A stretch of 64,000 nt of DNA from Zygnema circumcarinatum SAG 698-1b (GCA_037447605.1 CM074811.1:1550001-1614000); one strand, 5' to 3'; positions 22,884 to 35,874 are shown, counted from the stretch's first letter. Numbers and translations are program-made. Notes: a model not told the origin generated them from the sequence alone.

Positions 22884-25800
22884 ATGACGAGCCTCGACCC
22901 GTTCCGCAAGTCGGTCACGCGCCTCCCTTCTCCCTCCTGCTGCTTAGAGTATAGCCTTCCCAAGGTTAGGGTTGAGGTTTCAAATCCCTTTTTCCGCTTG
23001 AGATTTGGTTTCTCAATTAGGTCAAAAGAGTAAACAACAAAGCTGGCCTGTTACTAATCAACCTACGTTAATTAGGCTATAGGGCGAGAGATAGGATTGT
23101 GTTTATGGTTAGGGTTAGAGTTAGGGTTAGGGCTAGGCTTCATAGGATGAGGCCTAAGCATTTGAGGCGGAGCTGGTGCTGATTGTGCTGCTAGAACAGA
23201 CTGGTGAAGCTGGTGGCTCGCGCGTTCTACGATGAAGAGATTCCGCCGAGGGATACGAGCAAGAGCAAGGCAGAGAAGGCAGACAATCGGGGAAATGCAG
23301 TAGTCATTCTCGACGCCCTTGTGAGGTACCTCTCTCATCTTGCATGAACCTTCGATTTTCACGTTATGCTCAATCACCCTTTGTGCTGGTCTTCTTAAAT
23401 AGTACTAATGAACTATTCTTCTTGAGGTTGCGGTTAACAACATGCATTCCAGGAACATACAATTTGTTTTACCTTAGTCTGCGACATGGCACTGCAGATC
23501 TTCTCTGGCAAGGGCTGCGGTTCCTTGTTCTGTCAGCCTGTCTTTCTTGTGTTGCCTCTAGCATGTTTGAATTTTAAGGGGACTCTAATCTCTTTTATCC
23601 GGGCCTTATCAGAAATTTTAAAGTCGGTAAAATATTATGTTGAAAAACTTACAGCATCCTGTTGCCGGTCCTGCATTCCGAAAGTAATGCAATGTAATTA
23701 GCTCGTTCCTTCCGAGCCAGGCTCTCCTTTAGGAAGACTCTTCTCCAGATACACTTTAGATGAGGGGCATCCCTTAATGCTAGTAGATGTCCATCTGCTT
23801 TTTCAAAATTTCCCTTGAAAATGATCCTGTTTCTTGTTTGGCTTGCTATAGCCATCGTCCTTTCACGGTTTACGGTAATACCCAGGTCTGTGAACACATT
23901 TTGGTATTCGAAATGTTCAATTCGAGATGAATTGAACAAGTGAATCGGGAACGAACCGATCGTTACTCAATCTCCCTGTAGCTGCAAATTGGAAGTTTCG
24001 AACTGGCGGATTGCAGTTGCGCATGGTCCCCATACAGTGTTCGTATTTTGTATTGTCCGAAGTGCAACAGGTTTGGACAAAGTTCAATTACATTAGAACA
24101 AAAAACCAATCTTCTTATGCCAACTGTCACTCAGTGTCTTTTGGCATTGAGACTTAAGATTCAAATGGGTTTTTTACTTGAGCTTTCCAAATTATTATTT
24201 TCCCAACTTGCTCAAGTCGGTGGTTGGTAGGGTAGTACAGCATGTGAGGATCAATGTCACGAATTTCCTGTCACATGCATTTTACGTCCTATCTATTTTC
24301 TGTACTTTTAGCTGTATAGCTTTCTTTTAAATTCCATATTTGTGATTTTTTTTGTGAAGACGGCAATGGATGAAAGAAGAAGAGCTCGCGCGTCAACTGC
24401 ACCTTCATCCCAAGCAGTTGCGCAGGACTCTAAGAGCTCTCCAGGAAGATCGGCTCATTGTGCGAGAGCAGAGGAAAGAGGTGAGTCAGACTGCATTACC
24501 ATCAATTGGCATATTTTTTTGTTCTTGAAGAGCAGTTAACTCTCTTACCACAATGTAGACATTCCCTTTTTTTATTTATTTATGTCATCTATTTTAGAAC
24601 TATGGAGATTTGTTCAAGCCATTCTATAGAACGTTGCATTTGAAGCAGGCAAGCCTAAACTGGATTGCACTAAATAGCAGGGCCTCTTCCAAATGTTTCT
24701 GAGTCGTAGTTGAAGTCTTGAAGGAGTTCCTAAGACTCCCTGTGATTTTTGACAACTCATTCAAGAGTTGACAAACGGAATCACATGGAGTGAATTCACA
24801 AGTGGCTCCAAGACATTGGGATTCTCATAATTATAAGGCGTAGGGGCCATATAGTGGCTCCTGGGGGTTGCTATCTAACGGGCTCTTAGGTTTTGTCACC
24901 ATGCAGAATGCCCGCACAGCCAAGAGAGTGAGGCAGGCAGTTGCAGCAGAGACCGGCGAGGAGGTAGCACAACAAGATGACGGCGTGGAGGAAAAGCTGA
25001 AGCAGCATGAGTACTCATATTGTGCCCTGGACTATGGCCAGGTACAGGACAGGTGATGAGAAGAGGTGATGAGAATGGGCGAGAAGCTAAAATTTGGGGT
25101 GCAGTAGAAAGCATTCGCATAATTTTACAATTGTATGCCTCTCTTTTTTATTATTATTTTTCTACTTTTTCGTTTCCTTGAGTTGGAATTCTTGTGTCGC
25201 CTTCTCTGAGTGCGTGTGGTGCTTCGTGTTACAGGAGTGATTGTCTTAGGGACCCCTCGTAGACCTGATGTCATGTCTTGCTGGTTTTGATGTCTCTTGT
25301 TTAGAGCCTTCCGTTTGTCATGCTTTTTTTTTTTTTCGTGATGGTGTTGCAGGTTTATGATGTCATTCGTTATAGGCTTTTGCGGGCCAAGAAGAAACTC
25401 AAGGATGAACTGGAGGACCGCAATGTCCTGCAAGAATATGTCTGTCCCAATGAGCCGTGCAAACAGCGGTGAGGTTTACTGCAGTATGCAGGACAGCGAA
25501 GTTATCAAAATTTAATAAGGGGATGTATGGACTACTGAAGGAGGAGAGAGCGGTTGATTTCACACGTCATTACAGTTGGGACTTGCCTACTATGAGTGAT
25601 GACAGTGCCATCTGCACTGCAGCCGTCGCTTACCGTTTCCTGCATTCTTTTCAATTTTCTTCTACTGGATTGCTCTTTTTTGGTCCAAAGTTGTCCAGCA
25701 GTTTAAGCTTGGTATTGAAATGCATGGGAGAACGTATCCTTTCTCATTGAGATATTGGGTAATTGGGCAGATACTCTGCACTGGATGCAGCGAGACTGGT

Positions 25801-27708
25801 GGATGCAATCAGCATGAACTTGCAATGTGAACGCTGCAGCACGGAGCTCGTCGAAGAGACCAATCAACTGGGAGCCGAGGGAGGGGAAGTTGGGGGCCCA
25901 ATGCCCGGGGAAGGGGAGGATCGCAGGACGAGACGGGACAAAATTCGGAAGATGCTTGACCGCATGGAGGTGTGTACGATAGTTGGTGGCGAGGTCAGCT
26001 TAGTTGTGAGTTAAAAGACAAGAGTTAAGGATGTTGTTTGCTTTTTTTGTGGAAGTGGTCTGTTATGACGTGATTGTGAAATTGGAGAGCACAGAGCTGC
26101 ACCTTGGAAGGCACGGAGGGGCTATGTGGCTTGACTTCTGTGTGATGAAAGAGAGGATGTGTGTGAGAAGTATGGCAAACTTTCTATAGAGGGGAAACGG
26201 TGGATGGAACTTGTAATCTGTAAATGGAGCTCGGTTTAATGTGAGCGTACAATGCATGTAGGGTGAGAAGTGCAAGGAGAGCATGATTCTAATATAGCTT
26301 ATTCCATGTGGTGGAGGGTGCAGAAGCAGCTGAAGCCATTGGCCGAGCAGCTGGCGAAGGTGAAGGAGCTGCGCCCCCCCCAGTACCGCACTCTCGCAGA
26401 GTGGGAGGCCCGGGCCAGCGCAGCGCAGAGGGCGGCAGCTATGGGGCTCGATGTGCCGCAAAATGCTCCTCGCCAGTCAGCACACAGTGGCTATGCTGCT
26501 CCCATGCCGTTTGTGGGAGAGACACAGGTATGCTGCATATGCTGCACTCAATGTGGTTCTGCAAACATAGGCCAAATGATTGCATTTTCTCGTTGTCCAA
26601 AGTGCTGTCGTAGCTTTTTCTGCCTTTCTACAGTTCCTTGGAAGGCCAGTTCAATGTCCCTATATTTCTGTCGTCCCATTCCATTCAGCTCTCCAGCTGT
26701 TTTCAATGTTGCATTGAAGCTTGGTTGACTGTCTCCTTGTTTTTCCTGTGTTTCTCTTTATCCACTATACTTGTTGTCGCCTGAGTCCATCTCCCTTCGC
26801 GTTTTTGCCAACTGCTCTCAGGTGCGAGGTTCTTGAGCTTACATGTCACTTGTTGTTTCATGCAATGCTCTTTGGCTGCAGGTGGAAGTGATGATTGGAG
26901 GAGCCGAAGGTGGGTCCAGTGCAGGTGGAGAGCAAAATTTGGGAGCTGCAAAGCAACAGAAGGTTATCCCGGCATGGGCGATCCGTGAGGGGATGAATCT
27001 GACGGCCGCCCAACGGGGTATCAAAGCTGAGGAAGAAGAAGAGGACACGAAGCCGACGATTGTGAAGTCAGAAGATCCCTCTACAGAAGAGGCAGCTGAG
27101 CAGCAGCGTCTGGCGGTAAGAGCTCTCCCTTCCTGCCTACCGGACACTCTACTTCCAGTTTAACCCTAACACCCTAAAAACCCTAAAAAAAAATTGTGGA
27201 ATTCAGGTCTATCTTTGCGTGTATTGCTCGGGATTCAGGCCCGTTTACAGGTGCAGGTGGATCATGTGGTGTGAAAGGGAGTAACAGTGAAGTTTAGACT
27301 TCATTGTTTACTAGTAGATGATGCTCTTTGTCGCACGGCGTGTGCGTCATTTTGCAGGAGTATTACAAGGCGTACTACGCTGCTCTTCAGGCGCGTCAGG
27401 TGGAAGAGCCGCAAGCTGACTCTGTCAAGCAAGAGGAGCAGCTGGAAGTGAAGGCAGAACCGGGTCAGCCGGATGAGGAGGATGGGGTGGATTGGGAAGA
27501 CGAGGGGGGTGCTGGAGGTGGAGCCACAGCAGAAGCGGAAGAGGAAGAGGAGTTTGAATGGGAAGGGGGAGAGTCACAAGAGCAGGACGGTGAGGCAGGG
27601 GACGGTGCTGGAGGCAGTGGTGAGAAGGCGGACTTGGACAAGCAGGAAGGGGGGGACGCTGGGTTCTTTGGAGAAGGAGATGACGACATTGAGTGGGAGG
27701 ATAGCTAG
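22884..27708 (+). CDS. GTF2E1: General transcription factor TFIIE alpha subunit
   Basis: Spliced MTSLDPFRK|LVKLVARAFYDE..DNRGNAVVILDALVR|RQWMKEEELARQLHLHPKQLRRTL (winged helix), DVIRYRL..LKDELEDRNVLQEYVCPNEPC, YSALDA..LQCERCSTELVEE (zinc ribbon) and an acidic tail ending DDDIEWEDS*. Confidence 0.95.
23109..23137 (+). repeat. Short TTAGGG-like array in TFIIE alpha intron 1
   Basis: ttaggg ttagag ttaggg ttaggg ctagg. Confidence 0.7.
27162..27190 (-). repeat. Telomere-like / telo-box array in a TFIIE alpha intron
   Basis: aaccctaac accctaaaaa ccctaaaaaa on the + strand. Confidence 0.6.
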
Positions 27709-28167
27709 AATGGTGTGCCTTCGAAAAAAAAAAATCTTTAGGGGTGTGAGGTTTGCCCTCAAAAGAAAATTGAGGCCCTTCACTCTCTCTATTTTTCATT
27801 TTTCTTTTTTAAATCATGGAGAGGCCTTGGTAATGTCTTCCAGTGCAGCCTCATTTGTTGGGAGGAGCACTGTTAGAATGCTACCTCGTCCTTTTGGACA
27901 CCAAGAAGAGCGACCCCCCTCGGTTCCATAGAAACTAGGCCGCCTATCAGCTGTGTACATAGCTGTAGATTGATTGTCACCCACCCAACTGGCAACATGT
28001 GCCGCCATAAACACTGTACTTCTGTTTCAAAAATGGTCCATTTCGATCTCCTCTACAGCTTGTGCCACACATCGGCGACCTTCACGACTGCTTTTAGAGC
28101 TGCATTGTTGAGTCTAGACACAGGTTTCAACTCGTAGTTTCTTTCGTCTGCCCTTCAGCCAGTGTTT

Positions 28168-28237
28168 CGTGGTTACCCATGCTGATGTTGTCCGTGTAGA
28201 TTAGGTGGCATCATCGCCATCGTGAGGTCAATGCCAC
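28168..28237 (+). repeat. Dispersed intergenic element, copy 2 (core CATCGCCATCGTGAG)
   Basis: Core at 28212-28226, flanked by the 7-bp inverted arms gtggcat and atgccac. Confidence 0.75.
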
Positions 28238-28630
28238 ATCATGCTTTTATAACCTGTTAGCTGTCTTGGAGACAACGGCGAAACTGGATACATGCACAAC
28301 AGCCTCTAGGTTTCTATTCTGGCCGAAGTTCAGTTCCAGTTCACAGTAAATGGGACCAGCGAACGGCCCGCCGCGTCCGCCACGCTTTCCACTTTTCTCA
28401 AAAGTCAAACGGCCAAAGTGCCGCCGCAAGATGCCAAGATTCCGCCCCTTGACAAATGGCAGCCTCTGAGTCGTCCTTTTTCGCCTCGCTTTTCGCGCCG
28501 ACCACTCTTCACCGTCCGATCCGCCACGTGGCGTCCGCTCGGCCCCGCCGTGACGCGCCCTCGTCGAGGTGGAGGCGGCGCAACGGCCCAAGAGCCGAGT
28601 CGCCATTGAAGAGTACCCCGTACATTGGAT

Positions 28631-28684
28631 CCAATCACGACGCGCCACATCGGCACTGTGTCCTGCGTGGCAGGCTCCGATTGG
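28631..28684. promoter_or_regulatory. 54-bp inverted CCAAT/CCAC module, copy 2
   Basis: ccaatcacgacgcgccacatcggcactgtgtcctgcgtggcaggctccgattgg, about 110 bp upstream of the EamA gene. Confidence 0.7.
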
Positions 28685-28791
28685 CTGCCGAACAGTAGGC
28701 TGAACGCAGTCGGCTCCCAAGTGGGCGCCGCCTTGAAGCTTCCGTAAAGTGCCATGGTGGCAGAGCGGCATGGCTGCGTCGCCAGCACGCC

Positions 28792-31662
28792 ATGGCCGGG
28801 CACGGGTACGGACATGGCGGCATACATAGGGCCATGCGACACTGCATGCCTGCGCCTGTTGCAGAGAAGAGCTTGCATTCTGCGGCAGCCATGGCGGCAG
28901 CTCCCGCCCTTGCGCCTTGCAGCGCCAGGCTCGTCTGTCAATACAGCTGCAACGTTGCAGGATCGAGCTGCAGGCCCGCCTGCCAGGCACGGAAAGGAGA
29001 TGCTGAGGAGTATCAGCGTCGGAAGAGGTCCGGGCGGAAGGTACGCGAGGCCTCTCGCGGGACGTATTCGAATGATGCGGGAGTGAGGCAGTCCTGCAGG
29101 CAGCCTCCATGGACAGGCATCCATTTGCAGCATGTGAACGTTCGGCAGAAGCCGCAGCCGCCTATTGTATGGCAGAGAGACCGCGGAAAGTTTGCGAAAA
29201 CTCGGAGGGGGCGTGGCCCTGCTACTCCGAGAATGAGGAGAAAGGAGGCGGCTCTTGCTGCAAGAGCGGCTGCTTGGGGTCTGACTGTAAGCACAGATTG
29301 CTGTTGAGGGTTTTGGGATTGATCTTCAAAATAGATTTTTCTTTTTTTCGTCTATTTCCCTTTTAATGAATTTTTAGTTAGTTCGGCTGACTGTGGCAAG
29401 AACATGACGATCGCTACCTTCACTTTAGGATTAAAGGTGTGCTTTTTTTCTTTGGATTGTTTCTGAATCACTGTAGGTTTCTCCTTTCCACGCCGACATG
29501 AGCTCTCGGGATGGACCGGAGCACAGTGAAGTGAATCTGCACATTGTTCAAGTTGCGGAGGATGAGAAGATGGAAAGAAATTCGAGGAGAGCGAGAGGCC
29601 TCATACTTCTGAACCTTCTTGCAGCTCTGAATGGCACAAGTGCCGTTGCCACAAAGTTCATTGACGATGAAGCTCTTGATGTTTCGCCCAGCCTTATATC
29701 TCTTGTTCGCTTTCTATCAGCAGGTATTAACAGAGGTGGTGATGTGGCTTCTCACATGTGGAAATTCAATGTATATACCAAGCTCAAACAATTTACCTGT
29801 TTTCCGTTTTGAACATTCTAAACATGATTCCTTGCTGTGTGCATGAATTACTTGTCTTTGCATGAACAGATCCAAAGCTGTAGTCCTCTGCAGTTAACAG
29901 GATCACTGATTCTGCTAGTCGTGCCTATGCAGCCATTTTTTTCTGCCCTGCCTTGCCGACGGCTTTGTCTCGGAGAGATCCTTCTTTGGTGAAAGCAGGC
30001 GTGGAGCTCGGCCTGTGGAACTTTCTCGGGGTTTTGGCTATGGCGTCCGCCTCACCAGGCAGTTCTGATAGCAATGCCCCATTGCTGTTTGCATTTTCTG
30101 TAAGTAATCTCTTCCTATGCAGTGCCAGTCACATACAGCTTGCAAGTGATGGATCTGCAGCTTTGTAAAACCCTTTGAACTGTCACGTTGTCCATGTCTT
30201 GGCAGAGTCTCGGCAAGTTGCTGCCAGCACTGTGATTTCACTGATTATTAAAGGCAGTCAACCTTGCGTTTTTCTTTGTCGGTGTTTGGATTGACTTGAT
30301 TCGACAATTTTCGATTCGATTGTGTCCTCTCGAGGCTACCTCAGTTATTTGACGTCATCAGATGCCTGCAGGCTTAAATTTGCGCTGTTGGGTTTGACAG
30401 AAACTTTCTGTCTACCTTTTGTGCAGGTCCTCTTTCTACCCGGCCTGGAATTTTTCGCCGGACAACGTATGAACAAATCCTCGTGGCTCGCAACCATAAC
30501 AGCACTTGCCGGTATGTTTTCACAGTTAGTTAGCCTGATTTTCTGTGATCTTTTGTATGGATCAGCCAATAAAGAGGTGAGAACTCACGTGCTAACTCCA
30601 ACAGCCGTATTCGCGTATGCAGGCATGGGCGTACTTGAGGAGGAAAACCAAAACTGGCAAGGCTTTTCCATCCCACAATTGTCGGACTTCCGAGGAATAG
30701 TGGCTGCGTTCGCTTCTGCTGTTCACGTTTGGAGATCTGAAGCGCTGGGAAAAAAGTTTGACGCCTATCAGTTGACCGCGGTCCAGATGGGAACACTCGC
30801 GCTGCTTGGATGTGGATGGGAGATGCTTTCTGTCGGACTTTCCAAAGAAGGGCCAGAAGATATATTGCAGCAACTCCAGTTGCTTCCCTGGGCTCCTTTA
30901 CTTTATGGAGGTCTGATCTGTTCCGGCCTCTGCAATTGGTTAGAGCTGAAGGGGCTCCATGCAGTTCCTGCGTCAACGGCACTGTTTGTATATACAACTA
31001 TTCCACTCTGGGGGGGCTTTTCTTCGTTTCTCGTTCGCGGGGAGATTCCTGCTCTGTCGGTGGCACCCGGTGCTGCAGCCATCCTTTTCACTGTGTTCCG
31101 GGCACAGGCTTCCTTCATGGAAAGGGTGGAGACGCCAAGCCATGGCCATCCTGAGGGCCTCAGCAGGCAAAACGAATCCTCCTCTTCTTTCAATGAAGAA
31201 CGTCTCAAAGCAGTGGAGGCACAAACCGCAGCTACAAGCAACCTCCAAGCGGCGTTTCTCACCTCGCAACTGAAGTTTCCATTTTACAGCATGCAAGCAA
31301 AGCGTCTGTTGGCTGAAGTTAAAGTGAAGATCAGCATAGCGAAGGCATCTCTTGTTTCTTTGCAGATCTCGGTGGCAAGCTGGGCTGACCATTGGCACAG
31401 TGCTCATAGCAGCCTTCAGATTCCAGGCATCCCAAGTGGCGGATCTTCAACGATGCCAGATGCGCTAGGCCGCCTGTTTGCTACAACTGCTGACACCCTC
31501 TCTGCTGGAATCTTAGCTGCCACGCAGCTATCACAAATGGTTGAGATTTTGCCGGCAGGACTGGTCGCTGCTCTGGGATGTACAGCTGAGATTTTTAAAG
31601 TCACTGTGACAGCTATCGCGGTAGCAGCAAGCACCACATCGGGATCTGATGCCTCGGACTAG
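28792..31662 (+). CDS. EamA/DMT-family membrane transporter, probably plastid-targeted, with C-terminal extension
   Basis: Basic Ala/Ser/Arg-rich first exon (start 28792 or the MAAAPA ATG near 28890), then GLILLNLLAALNGTSAVATK..SLVRFLSA, KAGVELGLWNFLG, VLFLPGLEFFAGQ..WLATITALAGMGVLE and LTAVQMG..LPWAPLLYGGLICSGLCNWLELKGLHAVPASTALFVYTTIPLWGGFSSFLVRGE. The pattern fits two EamA repeats. Confidence 0.85.
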
Positions 31663-32219
31663 CGGCTGGTGAAGACAAGGAGGACTACTCGACTTGGACG
31701 ACCACCTTTTTTTCTGTTACTATATTTTTTCGAGCCATTTGTACATAATTACATGAGTGGGACGGGTGGGAGGTCATTCCTCTCTCTAGTTTTCAAGGGA
31801 CTGACATTTTTGGAAACAATTTATGGCGTTTCCCTGCCACGAAGGGGGGCGCAAATAAAGCAGTGGAGGTACCTGTCGTGTTGGAAGGCACTAGATAGGT
31901 TTTCAGTCGCTGTTCTCTTCAAGATTTCTTCACTTCGTTGTTATTACATTCATGGGAGATCCGTCGTCCTTAGCGAATTTTCAACCTACTGAAGGGCGGT
32001 GGAAGAGATTTAGGCAGAATAGGAGGCTGAAAGAAGACCACCGTAGTTTCCTTTACTGCCCCTTTGACCGGAGGAGGGTGACTGGAGAACAAGATGCCAT
32101 TGTTTTATTTGCCGCAACGAGCAGGGAAATGTTGGATGTCACCAAATCCAAGGCAGGGGATTGCATGTGTCCTTGTTCTTCGCACTTCTTATTGTACAGT
32201 GTGGCATAAACTCTCCACT

Positions 32220-33110
32220 TCAACCTGCAGGCCCTGCGAGGGCACAGTAGTGCATAAACGCTTGTGAAGCTTTCTATTCTTCATTTTTATTGAATTGTAA
32301 GCTGCGTGTGGATTACTGGACGTAAAGTTTCTTTCGACCAGAAAGCTTATTTACTCATGGGCTGTGTGGTTTTCGTGAGTTCCGGAACATTGTGGGATAT
32401 GAATCTGCTACCTTTGGCACTCAACTTTGCTTCCGTCTTCTGTGCCATGTCGATGCGACAACTCTTGCAGCCTGTGGGCAAAAAGGCAAAAACAAAGGCG
32501 AAAGGACCAAGGCAAGACCAGCCAAAGCGAAAGAACGAGCAAGAGTTTTTTTGTGATGTGGCCCCAGAGCTCACTCTGTCTGCGAGCGTTAGACACGTCT
32601 GCTTTGGATGCCTTTTGCACCAAAAAAATCGCAGGTAACATCTGGTCCTCGCGGGTAGAGTCGTAGCCTTCACCCACATCCTGCAAGACCAATTTGTTAC
32701 GAGGCCAATGCTACAAGACCTGTCGCAAAGCCACCTTCCAAGCGAGGCTGAAGCCTTTGCCGATTCACTCCAAGGCAAAAGAAAATCATGGATGACATAA
32801 AATCTGTATTGCTGCATGAGCGTCTTGCCAGTCTTCGTGTGTTGTGTTGTTACTCCTCCCCTCGTTCTTTCCCCCATGCAATCTCTTTCTTCTCTCCCTC
32901 GCCCTTCTTCCTTCCTTTTCCCCCATGGCGCTCTCTCGAATTTGCGAAGCCCAATTCACATGCAGGCGCAAAGCCCTTCTGTTACCCTATCGAAATTGCG
33001 AACCTCAAGAAGCAAAAGAGCGTGGCAGGGAGGCAATATGGTATGCGGGCGCAGCAGAGGTAGCGGCAGACAGCCATGGCGGGCGGTAGAGAGCGCGACC
33101 TGGAGCGCAT
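32220..33110 (-). CDS. Putative small spliced ORF (67 aa), unidentified
   Basis: Candidate exons 33110-33100, 33003-32986, 32803-32735, 32680-32640, 32471-32412 and 32224-32220 join by GT-AG into MRSRFAISIGFYVIHDFLLPWSESAKASASLGRMWVKATTLPARTRCCKSCRIDMAQKTEAKLSAKG*. No family recognised, and alternative frames exist. Confidence 0.25.
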
Positions 33111-33623
33111 CAGCTGGCACGAGGCCCTGCGCGTGCTGCTCCGCGCGCTGGCCCGCCTCCTGCCTCGCCGGGGCCCGCTCGCCTGACTGCGCTGCAGCAG
33201 CAGCTGGAGGACCGCCTCGCCTTTGAAACCGCAGAAGGGGTTGCCGCGCCATCGTCAGGATTGGCCAAAAATGAGGCGGCAAAGAAGAGGCTGAGCCGCT
33301 CAAGTCGTAGGAGCCTTTGGCAGGTCGTGTGTACTGAAAGGCAGGCACTTCAGTTCTGCAAATATGCAGTCGGAGTACAGCATGAGGTGGTGCTAGAAAT
33401 ATAGAAAATAGCAGCACGCAGGCACTCATGCCCTCCTGAAGTTCGAAGAAGATTTCTTCTGCGGAACTTGGCGTCTCAGGATGTCGTCAGTCTCTCTTTC
33501 CGCAACGCGTTTTACCTCGCAGGCTGGTATGTTTGGATTAAATCAACCATTGCCGCCTGGAAAATTTGACCACATTCCATTCTTCTGCATGCCACAGTCT
33601 GACGGTAGAACAGTTTCGCTAAT

Positions 33624-35874
33624 ATGTATGCGCGTTCTGCTGGGTGGAATTATGCTGCTCTGGTCACAGCAAATACAAGCGTTCTGTGGCAATCGTCCTC
33701 AGCTTATATTTCAACATCAGTCTCTCGAGGTCATCGTTCATTAACTCAATGCAAAATGCGAGCAAAGTCTGAACATGACATCATTTTTCCCAGCATCATG
33801 GAGGACATTCCAAGCACTGTTGCGGGATTCAGCACCAGACATTTTGGAAACTTGAGCATGAGCCAAGAAGGGGCACCTCTGTGTGAAAATTTTTGGAGAC
33901 TAGAGAAGAGAGTAGGTGGTGAAGGCTACTCCTGGGCACTTCCCAATATGGAGCATGGCACGAACGTAGCGTAAGTCACCATTTGTGGTTTTCAGGCCCG
34001 CTTTACCACAGTAGTTGACGGTGTATGGAATGAGTGTCTGTTTGGGACGCAGAGCATGAAACTTACCTTTTGAAACCACATTAAGTAGTTCACATGAAGG
34101 ATTTTGATTTGTCCCGGATGATACTTAGCTGAATCACTTTACTTTTGAAGGATACCACTCTATCTTGCACAAGAAAGCGAAAAATTAAACGCGTCTAAAG
34201 AGAAATAGCACGGACTTCCCCTTTGCGAGACATGTTGGAAATCATCTTGTGTCCGTTAGGGTCTGTGTGGGAGGTAATCCTCTACTGCATATTTGGAATC
34301 TGAATCGCTTTTCCAGCTGTTTCGTTTGTTGAAGGGTATATGCTGGCAGCTGAACAAGTGAAGTAGGCCAAAACAAAGCGGTCAGGGCAGGAAAATGCTG
34401 CTATGGGGTTGGTCTGACATTGGTGCCTGCCGTTTGCAGAGTGGTTCATTCAGGCGGCCGTGTGCCGAATTGTGACGGGCTCGTCACTAGCGCTGAACGG
34501 CTTTTCATTTGCGTCACAGGTAGCTGATATAACTACATATGAGATTTTCGGTTGTGCCGGTTTGAATCTGGCAGAGAGCAGCTTTTCATGAAGTGTATGA
34601 GGTATTTGAGAGCTTCCTTGTTGGGATACTGGAAGGCGTGTAATTTACCTGGAAGTTTGTTATGCCGCGTTATGCTGTGCATGCAGCTGCAGACTGTGGA
34701 TCTGTGTTGCTGGCGGACCCGCTTACAGGAGTAATCGGTAAGAGAGTGAGATTCAGTTAGGGCCGCCATGTGCAGTCGTTACGAGAGCCATGTGCTGCCG
34801 ACCTGCTATATATAGCTCTACAGGGTGTGAAGTGTTTCCGTTTGCATGAGTTTAGTGGCTCAGTTATCATAAGATGTCATTTCGGCCGCACCAGTAGTTG
34901 TGCAGTTCGATTGCTATGCATTCATCCTTTTCATCAAATGGGTACTTAGAGACAAGTCTAGTCTGGCCATGGGCCATGGGTATTATCGGTTTTGTGAAGG
35001 AAGTGTACGTGCGCACAGACTGAGATTCGCAGCTCGTCTGCATCCTTCCTGATGATGCTGCGCAGGTGTGTGCCACTGCGGATGGAGAGGAACGGCAGCG
35101 GGCATTGTTGCTGCCACGGTGCAGACTATGAGGTGAGTCCCCTGCTGAGGCGGATGCTGTGCGGGACATTGGTAGCTCTCTGCCTGTGCGGATTACAAAC
35201 CCAATGCTTTAACGGCACAGGTCTTCTGTGCTTGTGCAGAAGGGAGGGGGCGCATGTACAGTCAATGAGGGCGTTCGTGGGGCCATGCATCAGTGTGGAC
35301 AGTTTTGAGGTAGGCACTCGCGTTTCTACGGCTGAGGCTGCGAGCTGCTGCAGGAGTTGCGTGAAGGTTGGATTACTTCTTCGTCTCTGGTGGAGGTGAT
35401 TCAGCGTTGCTGCTTGTGCAGGTGGGAGAGGAGGTGGCTGCCATGTTTGACCCCGAGTTCGTGGTGCGGAAGAGCAGTTGGAGGCGGCCCCATGTCGATC
35501 TGAAGGTGGGGTTGGGTTCGCTCTCCTTTTGATCAAGTTTTCTGAAACATTAGCCTTCTTGTATCGCTTCGTGTGGCGCCAATTACGTCAAGTCCATCAC
35601 CCTTGCTTTGCTTTGAATGTGTCATTGCATCTGCCAAGGAAACGACCTTCTGTCGAAGAGGAGATTGCTCCGACCCCTTGACGTGATGGATACTGAGGAT
35701 GCACAAGGGACTGGGTTTGTGCAGGCTGCCATTCAGCAGCAGCTGGCGGAGGAGGGCGTTGGCGCAGTGGAAGTCCACCCCTCCTGCACGCTGCTTGACT
35801 CCGCCCACCTGTTCTCCCACAGGGGGAGTCAGGGCTCTCCCGAGCGCCACATGGCCTTTATAGCGCTCCGCTGA
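33624..35874 (+). CDS. YfiH/PgeF/LACC1(FAMIN)-family protein (purine nucleoside phosphorylase / peptidoglycan editing factor fold)
   Basis: Seven exons (~33624-33970, 34440-34519, 34687-34737, 35066-35132, 35240-35309, 35422-35505, 35725-35874) join in frame: AGFSTRHFGNLS..MEHGTNVAVVH..CDGLVTS..VTAADCGSVLLADPLTGVIGVCHCGWRGTAAGIVAATVQTM..FVGPCISVDSFEVGEEVAAMF..HVDLKAAIQQQLAEEGV..CTLLDSAHLFSHRG..RHMAFIALR*. The 5' end is uncertain. Confidence 0.9.

Noticed and set aside
28247-29366. Long minus-strand ORFs 28247..29110 and 28405..29133
   Set aside because: GC-rich antisense to the EamA promoter and first exon, with no protein-like motifs.
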